In this document: piece after piece, positions 8,381 through 17,636 of the stretch
Layout: each line of letters starts with the position of its first letter
How positions within the stretch are numbered: the first letter of the stretch is position 1
Assembly: GCA_041489375.1 (NCBI GenBank)
Contig: JBGPRA010000002.1
Location: forward strand, 1-39,144
Length of the DNA: 39,144 nucleotides
Origin: Candidatus Bathyarchaeia archaeon
GTDB lineage: Archaea; Thermoproteota; Bathyarchaeia; TCS64
Direction: 5' to 3'
Notes under the pieces: generated by a model
Told to the model about the DNA's origin: nothing
The model's input: the letters and a program-made list of their open reading frames with translations, nothing else
The model's database searches: none
Made by a program: the position numbers and the translations under genes

Positions 8381-9214
8381 TCACTTCCAGACGATATTCG
8401 GCTTCGTTCTGAGGGGGATTCGGTAAAACTTGTTCTTCGGGTAACCTAGCATCATCGCCCCGAACGGGTTATGCCCCTCTGGTAACCCAAGATTCTCTCT
8501 CATTGGCTTCCATAGATTTGCTGCTAAGTTGAACCAGCCTCCCCAGCAAGTCCCGATCCCCTCCGAGTAAGCTGCCAGGTCGAGGAACGTCAACGCGATC
8601 TTGCACTCCTCCTCCCACCTGGTCCCCTCAGCGTAGGCAACTACAACGTGTGGTGCGCCCCAGGTAATAGTGTCAAAGCCACGGTTCCAGTTTCCTACAC
8701 AAGTTGAGGCCTTAACCCTCTTCGCCACCTCAGGGTCATCTTTTATCGTTGACTTTAACCAGTCGATTGTCATGCCTGCCAACCTGCCCACCTTCCTTCT
8801 GTCATCTATGACCATCCACTTGACTGCCTGCGAGTTCTGGCCAGTCGGTGCGTAGCTCGCTGTTTCGATTATTCTCCGTATGATCTCCACTGGGATTGGC
8901 TTGGTCTGGAAGCTGCGGATGGATCTGCGAGTTTTAAGGAGGTGCTCGACCTGCGCTGCACTTGGGAGGAGCCCTGGTGAGACTGGCTGACACTTCTGAG
9001 GGTCCATCGATCTATGTGTTAGGGCCCCCTGGGGGCATACCGCGACGCAGTGCCCGCAGTTAATGCACAGCTTATCGGCGTTGCTGGCGGGTTTGGGGAT
9101 CTTGTCCGCTTTTACTTCTATGATTTTGACTCCGCACTCCTCGGTGCAGGCCCCGCATCCCACACATTTCTCATCGACAGTGAACAGGCTCAATGAGGCA
9201 CCACGATCAACCAC
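8381..9214 (-). CDS. Nitroreductase-family flavoprotein with N-terminal 2x[4Fe-4S] ferredoxin domain
   Basis: CVGCGACTEEC and CINCGHCVAVCP ferredoxin motifs, followed by a nitroreductase-like body (RRSIRSF, APTGQNSQ). Confidence 0.85.
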   Translation of the reverse strand: MVDRGASLSLFTVDEKCVGCGACTEECGVKIIEVKADKIPKPASNADKLCINCGHCVAVCPQGALTHRSMDPQKCQPVSPGLLPSAAQVEHLLKTRRSIRSFQTKPIPVEIIRRIIETASYAPTGQNSQAVKWMVIDDRRKVGRLAGMTIDWLKSTIKDDPEVAKRVKASTCVGNWNRGFDTITWGAPHVVVAYAEGTRWEEECKIALTFLDLAAYSEGIGTCWGGWFNLAANLWKPMRENLGLPEGHNPFGAMMLGYPKNKFYRIPLRTKPNIVWK

Positions 9215-9267
9215 CGCGTGGAACGGGGGATAAGACTTTCCAGAAACATTGCTCGCTCAAAATTCTG

Positions 9268-9277
9268 TTAATATATA
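9268..9277 (+). promoter_or_regulatory. Candidate TATA box for the creatininase-family gene
   Basis: ttaatatata lies ~30 nt upstream of in-frame TTG 9306/9309. It falls inside the long ORF-track version (9249 start), which argues for the shorter gene. Confidence 0.4.
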
Positions 9278-9305
9278 CGGAAACCCCTGTACTTTCGGGT
9301 GCGTA

Positions 9306-10151
9306 TTGTTGAGTGTTGATGGTGTTCTCAGTAGGTTCTGGTTGTGGGAGTTGACTCGTCCCGCGTTTGAGGATTGGCTGGATAAGGAGCCTGCTCCCGT
9401 TGTGGTGCTTGGCATTGGGTCAATTGAGCAGCATGGGCCTCAACTGCCCCTTGGTATGGATTCCCTCGGGTCCCAGTTCTTCGTCCATGAGGTGGCGAAG
9501 AGGACGAACAGCGTGGCTCTGTGCCCCGTGTTCCCCGGCTACTCGCCTCATCACATGGGGTTCAGGGGGACTGTGACTCTGAGTGATCAGACGCTGTTGA
9601 TGGTGCTGATGGATACGATTGGGAGCTTAGCCGATCATGGTGTGAAGAGGTTTGTTATCAGTAATCATCATGGTGGGAACACTCAGATCATGAATCTGGC
9701 GATCCAGCTTTCGAGGCGTGAGTACAGGGTCATGGTGCACGCGCCGACTGGGCCTTCCAATACGGAGCTGGCTAAGATGTTGGAGGACAGGCAGAAGCGG
9801 TTCTGGGATGTGCACTCGGGTCCGACGGAGACGTCCTCCGCGTTACTCAACTTCCCGGAGCTTGTGGAGATGTGGAGGCTGAAGGATTGGAAGCCTACCC
9901 TCAAAATTGATCCTAAACTAAAGGAGTTTATGAATCCTGATAGGCCTGACTTTGAGGTAGTTACCCAGGTTCGGGCTGCTTGCAGTGAGCCTGACACGGA
10001 CGACTTCACTAGCAGCGGCGTCTATGGGACGAATGACCCTCGCACGGCGAGTGTGGATGAGGCTAAGAAGAGGTTTGAGGAGCGGGTCGGTTTCTTCGTT
10101 GACTTCATAAAGCAGTGGAAAAAGATACCCGTACCCCCCGCGTTTCAGTGA
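9306..10151 (+). CDS. Creatininase / creatinine amidohydrolase family protein (MftE-like fold)
   Basis: LGIGSIEQHGPQLPLGMDS and SNHHGGN motifs. The ORF is open from 9249, but family N-termini usually start near WELT. Start uncertain (TTG 9306, 9309 or 9342). Confidence 0.75.
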   Translation: MLSVDGVLSRFWLWELTRPAFEDWLDKEPAPVVVLGIGSIEQHGPQLPLGMDSLGSQFFVHEVAKRTNSVALCPVFPGYSPHHMGFRGTVTLSDQTLLMVLMDTIGSLADHGVKRFVISNHHGGNTQIMNLAIQLSRREYRVMVHAPTGPSNTELAKMLEDRQKRFWDVHSGPTETSSALLNFPELVEMWRLKDWKPTLKIDPKLKEFMNPDRPDFEVVTQVRAACSEPDTDDFTSSGVYGTNDPRTASVDEAKKRFEERVGFFVDFIKQWKKIPVPPAFQ

Positions 10152-10228
10152 AGTATCCTCGGTTAAATCATGATTCTACAATTTTGGCTTATATCAAACC
10201 TTGTGCGTGTTGGTCTTCGGTTATTGCT

Positions 10229-10732
10229 TTAATGCGTGCACTCTAGGTTTTTAGTCATATGTACTAGCGTTGAGCCTAGGAATGGCTCTCGCCTCGTCTC
10301 CTCGTATCCAAGCCATTTGTATAGTGCGATGTTCTCCTCGAAGAGCGAGTTAGTGTAGAGTCGGATGCTTTTATGGCCATGCTCGCGTGCTTCCTGCTCG
10401 GCGAACTCAAGTAGGCGGAGGCCTAGTCCCTGTCTCTGATAGTCGGGGTGGACGGCGACGCTCCAGATGAGGGTCTGGTCCTCCTCGTGTTTTAGAACAA
10501 GCACTCCCCTAGGCTGGTTCCTGAACCTGAGAATGTGTACGTGGTGCTTAGAGATCATTTCTATGTAATCCACTGTCATGGGTTCAGGTTTCCGACCAAG
10601 TCTGTGTATGTATTTTGAGTACGCTGCGTCTGTGATGGCGGAGACTGTGGCTGCGTCTTCCTTTGATGCGTGCCTGATGGTTACTAGGGCATCATCATGA
10701 GCGCTGTGTCGAAGGGATCTGTCTGAGTTCAT
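10229..10732 (-). CDS. GNAT-family N-acetyltransferase
   Basis: 167 aa. Acetyl-CoA motif A VHPDYQRQGLGLRLLEFAEQEA. Confidence 0.85.
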   Translation of the reverse strand: MNSDRSLRHSAHDDALVTIRHASKEDAATVSAITDAAYSKYIHRLGRKPEPMTVDYIEMISKHHVHILRFRNQPRGVLVLKHEEDQTLIWSVAVHPDYQRQGLGLRLLEFAEQEAREHGHKSIRLYTNSLFEENIALYKWLGYEETRREPFLGSTLVHMTKNLECTH

Positions 10733-10850
10733 GCTGACTTCTATCTAGTGGGTTATGAATAATTTAACGTGATTTAGTCGCTCCAGGCATAATGAGGTTT
10801 GAATAGGGTAGTAATTCAGGCGTTCACTCGCGCACGTGTTGCTGGTTTTG

Positions 10851-10860
10851 TGCGCGCGCA
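10851..10860. repeat. Perfect 10-bp CG palindrome TGCGCGCGCA; a related tract cgcgcacgtg lies at 10829-10838
   Basis: Read directly: ttcactCGCGCACGTGttgctggttttgTGCGCGCGCAact. Confidence 0.9.
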
Positions 10861-11163
10861 ACTATACACGACAGCGAGTATGGCTACTAACTACTATGGT
10901 GCATCTATAAGGCACTACTCGATAAAAACTCAGCTTCTGCCACTACAGCTATAAACGCGTTGGCCAAATACACCAAAAAGAATGAGCAACTACACAAAGA
11001 CCTAATGGAACACTTCAAGACTGCTCCGAAGGAAAAACGTGACCTCATCAAGGTACACCGCACACACCAACTTCCCTCCTTCAAATAACATCGCCCTAAA
11101 CCCTCCCTATACCTAAACTCGTCATCGATGGCTCATCTCTTTTCGTCTCATTTTCGCTCCTCA

Positions 11164-11364
11164 GTCCAAGCAGAGTCCAGATAATTTCTCAAGTCGTAAC
11201 CATGTTCAGCCCGTCCACTTTCGCTCAACTGTCTGTCCAAGGTCAAGGGGGCTAAGGATCCACATGCTCCGTAGTCCATCCAGCTTTGCATATTCGTCCC
11301 AAGTTTCCATGGCCAACACAGCTTGTCCACAGTACACACTATAATCTCCGCATGTCCAGGTCCA
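11164..11364 (+). repeat. Array of 8 exact GTCCA pentamers plus one GTCCC variant
   Basis: GTCCA starts at 11164, 11175, 11213, 11235, 11274, 11325, 11354 and 11360. GTCCC at 11296. Overlaps the doubtful ORF 11148..11408. Confidence 0.6.
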
Positions 11365-11503
11365 GTGATGGATTCCTCCGTCTCTCCAATGTACGTCTTC
11401 TCCTCCACGTGCAGCTAACCGCCGCGTCGATGCACCACTAGTCTACACATGGTGCTCATAGAGTAACGCGTCTAGGAAATCAGGGATTGTGCGCACCGCA
11501 CAT

Positions 11504-11605
11504 AGGACCATGGACGAAACATGGATAAATGGACTGGAATTGGACGCAAGGAAAAACATTGGAATATTGGACGAATCGTTATTCGATACTGGACTTCTAC
11601 GGACC
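11504..11605 (+). repeat. Array of TGGAC pentamers (reverse complement of GTCCA) upstream of the ISF gene
   Basis: Exact TGGAC at 11511, 11530, 11541, 11568 and 11590. One-mismatch copies at 11504, 11522, 11535, 11560 and 11600. Several spacings are near 10-11 or 22 nt. Confidence 0.55.
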
Positions 11606-11649
11606 ATAACCTCGAACAAGCTTAATACGTCGTTACCCAAGAACCAGGC

Positions 11650-12225
11650 ATGGAAGCAAAGAGGCGAATCCTAATTCTAGCCGCAAGCCCGCGGAAGAAC
11701 GGCAACAGCACCACCCTCGCGCTCAGAGCCGCTGAGGGCGTCAGGGATGGCGGCGGCGAAGCAAGCGTACAGCTCATCGCCCACATGAATATCTCCCCCT
11801 GCAGCGCCTGCGATTACTGCCGCTCCAACCCGGAGGCCGGGTGCAGAAACATGGACGACATGCAGCCGCTCTACACGAAGATCAAGGAGGCGCAGGGCAT
11901 CCTATTCGCGACACCAATCTACTGGTTCAACATGTCGGCGCAGATGAAACTCCTCATCGACCGCACCTACGCCGTTCACATCGATGACTCCTACGCCCTA
12001 ACTGGGAAGGACGTCGGCGTGATCCTCACTTACGAGGATGAGGACGTTTATGTATCAGGCGGGGTCAACGCGCTGCGCACTTTCCAAGACATATTCCGGT
12101 ACGTCAGGGCTAATCCCGTCGGCGCGGTCTACGGAACAGCTGGGAAGCCTTGGGACGCCCAGGATAACCCTACACTCATGCAGAAGGCCTACGACCTAGG
12201 CAAGAAACTAGCAAATCCAAAGTAG
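11650..12225 (+). CDS. Iron-sulfur flavoprotein (ISF) / NADPH-dependent FMN reductase family
   Basis: ILILAASPRKNGNS flavodoxin-like start plus the compact ISF cysteine motif CSACDYCRSNPEAGC (C-x2-C-x2-C-x7-C). Confidence 0.8.
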   Translation: MEAKRRILILAASPRKNGNSTTLALRAAEGVRDGGGEASVQLIAHMNISPCSACDYCRSNPEAGCRNMDDMQPLYTKIKEAQGILFATPIYWFNMSAQMKLLIDRTYAVHIDDSYALTGKDVGVILTYEDEDVYVSGGVNALRTFQDIFRYVRANPVGAVYGTAGKPWDAQDNPTLMQKAYDLGKKLANPK

Positions 12226-12262
12226 CACTCGTTTTCGTATATAGTGGCACACGCCGCCACTA

Positions 12263-12673
12263 CTAATCTTCTACCTCGAATTTAGGCTCAGAGGAGAAGC
12301 CAAATGGGAAGGGCGTCGGCGTCGTCTTGTCGTAGAGCTCAAAGGCTAGCTTACGTAGGGCGAGGTCTTTGCTGGTGAAGGGCTTCGCCTCCTTCTGGTA
12401 GAGCACCGCCCTCACGGCGCCTGCGGCCACGCTCAACGTGTCCGCCTTGAATGTGACCTCGTCTCGCTGGTCTTTGTAGAGGGAAACTTCCTCATTGGTC
12501 CTCGGGCGGACCCTCTTCTCCATCTTGTAGAGTTCGCTGTAATCGGTGATGAGCTTGTCGAGGTTAACCGAAGTCCACCATCGGAACCTGACGTGGTGAT
12601 ACGGCTCTGGCATATCGATTCGCCGATTGATCCGTGGGGACCGCGGCGTATAGGGTTGACGCTCCACTTGCAT
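12263..12673 (-). CDS. Hypothetical protein
   Basis: 136-aa ORF. Preferred over the overlapping 12433..12870 ORF (Ser/Arg/Pro-rich). No motif recognised. Confidence 0.4.
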   Translation of the reverse strand: MQVERQPYTPRSPRINRRIDMPEPYHHVRFRWWTSVNLDKLITDYSELYKMEKRVRPRTNEEVSLYKDQRDEVTFKADTLSVAAGAVRAVLYQKEAKPFTSKDLALRKLAFELYDKTTPTPFPFGFSSEPKFEVED

Positions 12674-12740
12674 GTCAAAGACGTGTTTTTGGGGACTTTA
12701 GATTCTAATATTAGTGTGATTAAAAACTGGTTGGATAAAC

Positions 12741-13658
12741 TTGTCTGCAGCGTTCCATGGCGCGAAGTATTGCTGGATGGATGGGAAAGTTGTGGAGACT
12801 GAGCATGCGCTCGTCTCGGCGATGGAGCCCATATACCTCGGAATATTTGAGGGCATAAAGGCGTACACACAGGGCAACATAGGCGAGCTTTCCGTGTTCT
12901 CCTGGAACCAACATATGGACAGGTTGTGGAGGAGCGCGGCTATAGACGGGTTAAAGATGCCCTACAGCAAAGACGAGCTTCTAGAGGGGCTCAAAGCAGT
13001 TGTGAGCGCGAATAGCTTCAAGTCGAACATCTACATCCAGCCACGGATCTGGCCAAGGGCGGATGACCCTGAGGAGGTTCACGTAGTCATCCCTGTCTGG
13101 AAGTTCAGCACACTCCTGCCTTCTGGTAACCCTGAGTTCTCGAAGCAGAGGAGGTTCATGATCAGCAGTTGGAGGAGGATCTCGAGCGATGCTATGCCGC
13201 CTCAGGCTAAGAGTTGGGCGAACTACGCGAACAGCCAGCTAGCCGCCAGGGAAGCGCAGAGATGCGGCTACGACTCCGCGATATTCCTCGACAACAGAGG
13301 CTTCGTATCGGAAGGCACGGGGGCGTGCCTCATGGGCGTTCGTGATGGAAGACTGATTACCCCCCCTGTGACCGCCAGTATCCTCGAATCCGTTACTAGG
13401 AACTTCTTCCTAGAGTTCATCCCCAAAGAACTCGGGATACCGGCAGATGTGAGGGATATTACCCGGGCGGAGCTCTACGCGTGTGATGAGGTCTTCTTAT
13501 GTGGTACTGGGGGCGAGGTGACGCCTATTACCAGCATCGACGATATAGCCGTGGGGAAAGAATACCCTGGGTCCACTACCAAGAAAATTGCCAACTACTA
13601 CTCAGAGGTCCTCGCAGGGATAGTCGAGAAATACAATAGCAGATTAACCCCAGTGTAG
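12741..13658 (+). CDS. ilvE: Branched-chain amino acid aminotransferase (PLP fold type IV)
   Basis: 305 aa. Class IV pattern with a W(M)DGK N-terminus, EGTGACLM and GTGGEVTPITSID segments. Non-ATG start at 12741, or ATG 12777. Confidence 0.8.
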   Translation: MSAAFHGAKYCWMDGKVVETEHALVSAMEPIYLGIFEGIKAYTQGNIGELSVFSWNQHMDRLWRSAAIDGLKMPYSKDELLEGLKAVVSANSFKSNIYIQPRIWPRADDPEEVHVVIPVWKFSTLLPSGNPEFSKQRRFMISSWRRISSDAMPPQAKSWANYANSQLAAREAQRCGYDSAIFLDNRGFVSEGTGACLMGVRDGRLITPPVTASILESVTRNFFLEFIPKELGIPADVRDITRAELYACDEVFLCGTGGEVTPITSIDDIAVGKEYPGSTTKKIANYYSEVLAGIVEKYNSRLTPV

Positions 13659-13663
13659 TCCAT

Positions 13664-13681
13664 TACAAGAACGCTTGTTAC
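13664..13681 (+). terminator. Short hairpin after ilvE
   Basis: ttACAAGaacgCTTGTta begins 6 nt after the stop. Weak. Confidence 0.25.
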
Positions 13682-13745
13682 TTCGTTATCAAGCACGTGA
13701 CGGTCATTTCTTGAAAATCGGGGTGATTAGAAGCAGATCACTGAG

Positions 13746-14210
13746 TCACCGAGCATCTGGTCTGTTCTGCAATAGCTCATAGATTTTTGATATATGGTGA
13801 GAATTGATTGGGCTACACAGTATTGAGACCTCCTTGAGCTTGCCCTCCTCTCGATATTGAATCCAAACACCTTTCTGTAAACCAAAGCTGATCTGCTCCG
13901 TTGCCAGAATGGCTTCGTATGGAACCTGAAACTGTGCTTTGCTCTTGAACGGCAGTAGCTCTGTTGGGGCTAGGCTTCCTTTCGGGAACCCATAGATCCG
14001 CTCATCGGTTAACACAATCCTGGTCATGTTGCGGAATGTAAGAGCAAACATCGTGGGGCGGCTGAAACAGATTGTGACACCCAGGGGGCCAAAAGAGTAG
14101 AGCTCTCTTTCCTCCGTTTCACTACTAGCCATGTCACTCGCTCCTTTGCCGCATTCTGGGCAAAACCTATCTGTTTCACCTATTCTCGCTCCACATTTTG
14201 AGCAGTACAT
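13746..14210 (-). CDS. Zinc-ribbon protein with a C-terminal PH/GRAM-like beta domain
   Basis: N-terminus MYCSKCGARIGETDRFCPECG (CxxC...CxxC). The remainder looks like a bacterial PH-like fold by pattern only. Confidence 0.55.
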   Translation of the reverse strand: MYCSKCGARIGETDRFCPECGKGASDMASSETEERELYSFGPLGVTICFSRPTMFALTFRNMTRIVLTDERIYGFPKGSLAPTELLPFKSKAQFQVPYEAILATEQISFGLQKGVWIQYREEGKLKEVSILCSPINSHHISKIYELLQNRPDAR

Positions 14211-14288
14211 TCTGTTTAACTCTGTATTAATTTGCGGTGTTTACTGCGTTAACAGCTTTGTCATAACGCGTGCGCGTCGTGAGATATG

Positions 14289-15527
14289 TCAGGTGTTGGT
14301 TGGGGGGCTTTTACCCATCTTTTCCATGAGGTGGTCGCGCTGCGCCATTAGCTTCTCGAATTGTTCATCGGTTATCTTGTCCTCGATGAAGTACCTGAGG
14401 ATCGAGCTGGATAGAGTGTCGATCTCTTGATGCAGTTGATGCGGGTCCGAGGAGGAGCGATCGAATATGCTGACCATGCTCCTGTATAGGCGGTAGTATG
14501 TCTTCCGCCTCCTCCTCAGGTTGTTGCCCAGGTAAGCCGAGTAGAGGATTGCCGACACTGTTCCGAATGTGACCCAGTAAGCAGGTTCAGTTAACCATCG
14601 GTTGACGCTCTCGGAGAACCTCTCTCCGATGTTCTTGACCCTCGGTCCGCTGGCGACGGAATATGAGGCTGGATACAAGTCCCCCCTGTGTATTGTGAAT
14701 GTGGCGATGTTCCCACTCCAGGCTGCCTTGTTAGAGGGTGATGCTGTTATCACATCGGTTTCAGATGGCATTAGTATGCGGATCTCCTGCTCGACGTTAT
14801 AGGATTCATTTTGGTACAGTGGGGAGACGTCGAGGGTGAGGGAGTAGCCGTCCTTATTCTGGGTTATTATGTTGGCTTGCGTCTTGAAGTAGACGTAGTA
14901 GGATCTTGCGTTAGCCGTAGAGTCCTGGTACCATTGGAAGGCTTCTAGGCTGCCGATGGATATAGAGGTAAGGTCGAAGCCGGTTAGCAGTGTCTCCAGT
15001 TGCTTCTCCCCTAGTATGTATTCCGGTATGTTCGTTATGTGGCACCAGATGTAGATCTCGGCTCGGGATGATGTTTCGTTGTAAACTGTTCTTACGACGG
15101 TTTTGTTTATGGGGACACCGTATCCCTTCACGTCTATGCTCCACGAGTATTCGAGCCACCATGCTGGGTCACTGGTTATACTGTCTTTGAATTCATCGAA
15201 GGAGGAGTAAGGGCTGTTGAAGGAGTTGTTCACAGTGGTCCAGTTCATGGCTTCGCTGAAAGAGGCGAATATGTCATTGGGTTTTACTAGCACCTGTCTT
15301 CTATGAGCCTCGTACCATCTGCCATCTGATATCCAGGATGGGGGCTTGGTGTAGTTGGCTTCCTCGATCCATTCGACGCTCCCAATCGTCGGGGTGATTT
15401 GGTCTAGGACGTGCCAGGCGGAGCCTGACGCTGATGATGCTGTAGGGGTATCTATGCTGTGGATGACTGCGGATAATGCTAGGATTGTGAGTATGGAGAA
15501 AACCCGTATTGGTAGCGATCTTTTCAT
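14289..15527 (-). CDS. Secreted protein with a C-terminal membrane anchor and cytoplasmic helical tail, function unknown
   Basis: Signal-peptide-like MKRSLPIRVFSILTILALSAV from ATG 15527 (GAGG upstream). Late TM YWVTFGTVSAILYSAYLG followed by RRRRK. The ORF-track start 15560 adds 11 aa. Confidence 0.6.
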   Translation of the reverse strand: MKRSLPIRVFSILTILALSAVIHSIDTPTASSASGSAWHVLDQITPTIGSVEWIEEANYTKPPSWISDGRWYEAHRRQVLVKPNDIFASFSEAMNWTTVNNSFNSPYSSFDEFKDSITSDPAWWLEYSWSIDVKGYGVPINKTVVRTVYNETSSRAEIYIWCHITNIPEYILGEKQLETLLTGFDLTSISIGSLEAFQWYQDSTANARSYYVYFKTQANIITQNKDGYSLTLDVSPLYQNESYNVEQEIRILMPSETDVITASPSNKAAWSGNIATFTIHRGDLYPASYSVASGPRVKNIGERFSESVNRWLTEPAYWVTFGTVSAILYSAYLGNNLRRRRKTYYRLYRSMVSIFDRSSSDPHQLHQEIDTLSSSILRYFIEDKITDEQFEKLMAQRDHLMEKMGKSPPTNT

Positions 15528-16017
15528 CGACTCGCCTCGTCTGATTTTTAGAATATGCACATGCTATAAGAGTTATCTTGTTGAACTCGGTGAGCGCCTA
15601 GTTATTCTGCGGGCTTCTCGGTTTGGCTGTGCAATTAATATTTTAAGCATCCTTGGGAAGGCTTGTGATTATTTTCATTTGCCGGGTTCGCGATGTTGGA
15701 TTGGTGGAGGTCATTGCGAGACTCGAGGACGCTTCAATGGGTGTATTCGAGGGGTGCGAGCAGATGATAATATAAAGGGTCATTAAACGCGTTTCCGTTT
15801 CGAGTCATGAAAATGGGCGGAAAAAAAGATCGAGTTGTGAAGTTTTTAATTAATATGGTATATCACCTTTCATATTTAGATCTGTTTTTTCCGATATGAT
15901 GCATCAATGTTCCGTTTTATTCATCTGTTACGTTTTTAAGACGTAAAACTGGTACTAAACGGTTGAGAAGCTTCTAAATAATCTATTTTGGTCTATTACG
16001 CGGGGAGGAGGTTGTAT

Positions 16018-17502
16018 TTGGCGAAATGTCCGAAATGCGGGGTCGATGCAGCCAACTCTATAAAGTCGTGGTCGATGGTCGGTAAACCGAGTAAAATCGG
16101 CGAGATTTTCAAGCTGACGATGGGGCTATACGAGTGCGGTAACTGTGGCAAGAGTTTTCGAAGTGTTGAGGGCAAGGAGAAGACCACGATAAAAGAGGTT
16201 ATAGATAGAAACGAGACACTGGAGGAGAAACTGATGGAGGCATCTAAGAGGAAGCTCGAGCTCGAGGAGAGGGTTCAGGCCTTAGAGACGGAGAAGGCTT
16301 GTCTACTTGCTGAAGTCGAGGCACTTAGACTCATACCGATGTTGGAGCAGAAAGCGTCCTCGCTTGAAGACGACATTAAAGAACTTCACGAGGAGAAGGA
16401 AGCCTTGATTCAACGGGTGGAAGAGTTGACGTCTGGTGAAGGCGCAGAGGTGGCGCCGGCATTGTATGAGAAGACGCTTGAGTCGTATGTAGTTAAGCCT
16501 GCGTCCGCTATCCCAGATGTCTCAGTCGAAGGAACACCAACTGAGCTGCCAGTGATTGATGCTTCCCAGAGTGCAGTGCCACCGATCGAAACTAAATGCG
16601 AACCTATCATCAGCGAAGTTGCCACAGCCGAACCATCTGTCTCTAATGTACCAGCTGAGGTCGTATCACACGAGGCCATTACCGTAGAAATGCCGAAAAC
16701 TGAATCTGTCATCATCGAGACTCCAGTCGAAGTCCCCGCCAATGTGCCAACAATCGATGTGAGCAACGCTGAGGTCATTCCCGAAACTGATCTATCTACC
16801 CCGGTTGTTCAGGTCGAGGCACCGATGCCAGAGGTTGCGCCCCCTGAGGTTCACCTGGAGGAGAATTTAATGGTAGAGGAGAAACCGGTTGAGATACCTC
16901 AGGTTGTCGCACCGGAGGTTGGAGAATTAGCAACCGCAGCTGAGGTGGAGGTTGCTCCCGTGGTCAGTGCGGGGATCGTTGAGGGGAAGCCGGTCGACGT
17001 CACACCCACGCAGGACCAATTATCTGAAGCTATTTCGACAGTCTCCACGCCGCAGATTGAATCAGTTGCTTCAACCATAGTTGAGGAGATCAAGGCAGAG
17101 GCGAAACCCGTTGACGCTATATCCTCCGATGTTCTCACGGAAGAAAAACCAGTTGAAGCGGTTCAGGTTGAGACCACTTTAGTCGAAGAGACTCACGTTG
17201 AGGCTCCACCAGTTGAGGGAACTATGGAAGTGACAACCAGTACAGACTTCGTAGCTGAGACCCCCGTAGTCGAGGTCTCGCCACCAGCAACCATCGACGA
17301 GATGAAAACGGAGACGCCGCCAACAAACCAAACTCAAACCGATTCAATACCCTCTAATCCGAACATCATCGATGCCAGTACACTTCTAGATTCTATTACC
17401 GAAAAGATCCAGGTCGAGGATAACTTAACTGAAGAGATTAACAAGGTGCAGGCACCTGAGAAAAAACTAGATGAAACGCCACCTACCGGGGCTACCCTCT
17501 GA
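16018..17502 (+). CDS. Zinc-ribbon, coiled-coil and long acidic Pro/Glu/Val-rich low-complexity protein
   Basis: CPKCG...CGNCG near the N-terminus, a heptad-like segment (LELEERVQALETEKACLLAEVEALR), then ~330 aa of E/P/V/T-rich sequence with recurring EEKPVE/KPVD. GGAGGAGG at 16004-11 favours TTG 16018 over 15988. Confidence 0.6.
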   Translation: MAKCPKCGVDAANSIKSWSMVGKPSKIGEIFKLTMGLYECGNCGKSFRSVEGKEKTTIKEVIDRNETLEEKLMEASKRKLELEERVQALETEKACLLAEVEALRLIPMLEQKASSLEDDIKELHEEKEALIQRVEELTSGEGAEVAPALYEKTLESYVVKPASAIPDVSVEGTPTELPVIDASQSAVPPIETKCEPIISEVATAEPSVSNVPAEVVSHEAITVEMPKTESVIIETPVEVPANVPTIDVSNAEVIPETDLSTPVVQVEAPMPEVAPPEVHLEENLMVEEKPVEIPQVVAPEVGELATAAEVEVAPVVSAGIVEGKPVDVTPTQDQLSEAISTVSTPQIESVASTIVEEIKAEAKPVDAISSDVLTEEKPVEAVQVETTLVEETHVEAPPVEGTMEVTTSTDFVAETPVVEVSPPATIDEMKTETPPTNQTQTDSIPSNPNIIDASTLLDSITEKIQVEDNLTEEINKVQAPEKKLDETPPTGATL

Positions 17503-17636
17503 GTGATCCCCTCAGACGAATTTTTTTAAGGTAGCGCACGTGAAAAGAAAGTTTTTCGATGCGTGTACCATTTTTTTAATTGCGCACGCGACAGCCGATG
17601 TTCAATATCTGACTAAAACTGAATCCTAACTTGGTT

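Noticed and set aside
9249-9305. The long 9249 start for the creatininase-family gene
   Set aside because: It would leave only 34 nt to the divergent nitroreductase gene and would place a strong TATA-like box (9268-9277) inside the CDS. Family N-termini begin near the WELT segment.
10866-11147. Possible small gene in the spacer after the GNAT gene (frame ..ASATTAINALAKYTKKNEQLHKDLMEHFKTAPKEKRDLIKVHRTHQLPSFK)
   Set aside because: The frame is open for ~65 codons, but the only starts are a TTG or ATG that would give 20-42 aa, and no motif is recognised. It could be another gene remnant but cannot be supported.
11148-11674. ORFs 11148..11408 (-), 11443..11640 (-) and 11489..11674 (+) as genes; also a replication-origin (ORB) interpretation
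   Set aside because: The ORFs have no motifs, overlap one another or the pentamer arrays, and have weak starts, so they are not listed as CDS. The origin idea is not supported: there is no AT-rich unwinding element between the arrays and no orc1/cdc6 gene nearby. TCCAGTGATGGA only loosely resembles ORB dyads from memory.
12433-12914. Minus-strand ORFs 12433..12870, 12698..12880 and 12720..12914, and plus-strand ORF 12593..12802
   Set aside because: They overlap the ilvE start or the 12263..12673 ORF and have low-complexity Ser/Arg/Pro composition.
15355-15987. ORF 15355..15786 and small ORFs in the 427-bp spacer upstream of the zinc-ribbon coiled-coil gene
   Set aside because: The 143-aa ORF mostly overlaps the 5' end of the minus-strand secreted-protein gene. 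The remaining small ORFs (29-46 codons) have no motifs or SD sites. The spacer is left unannotated.
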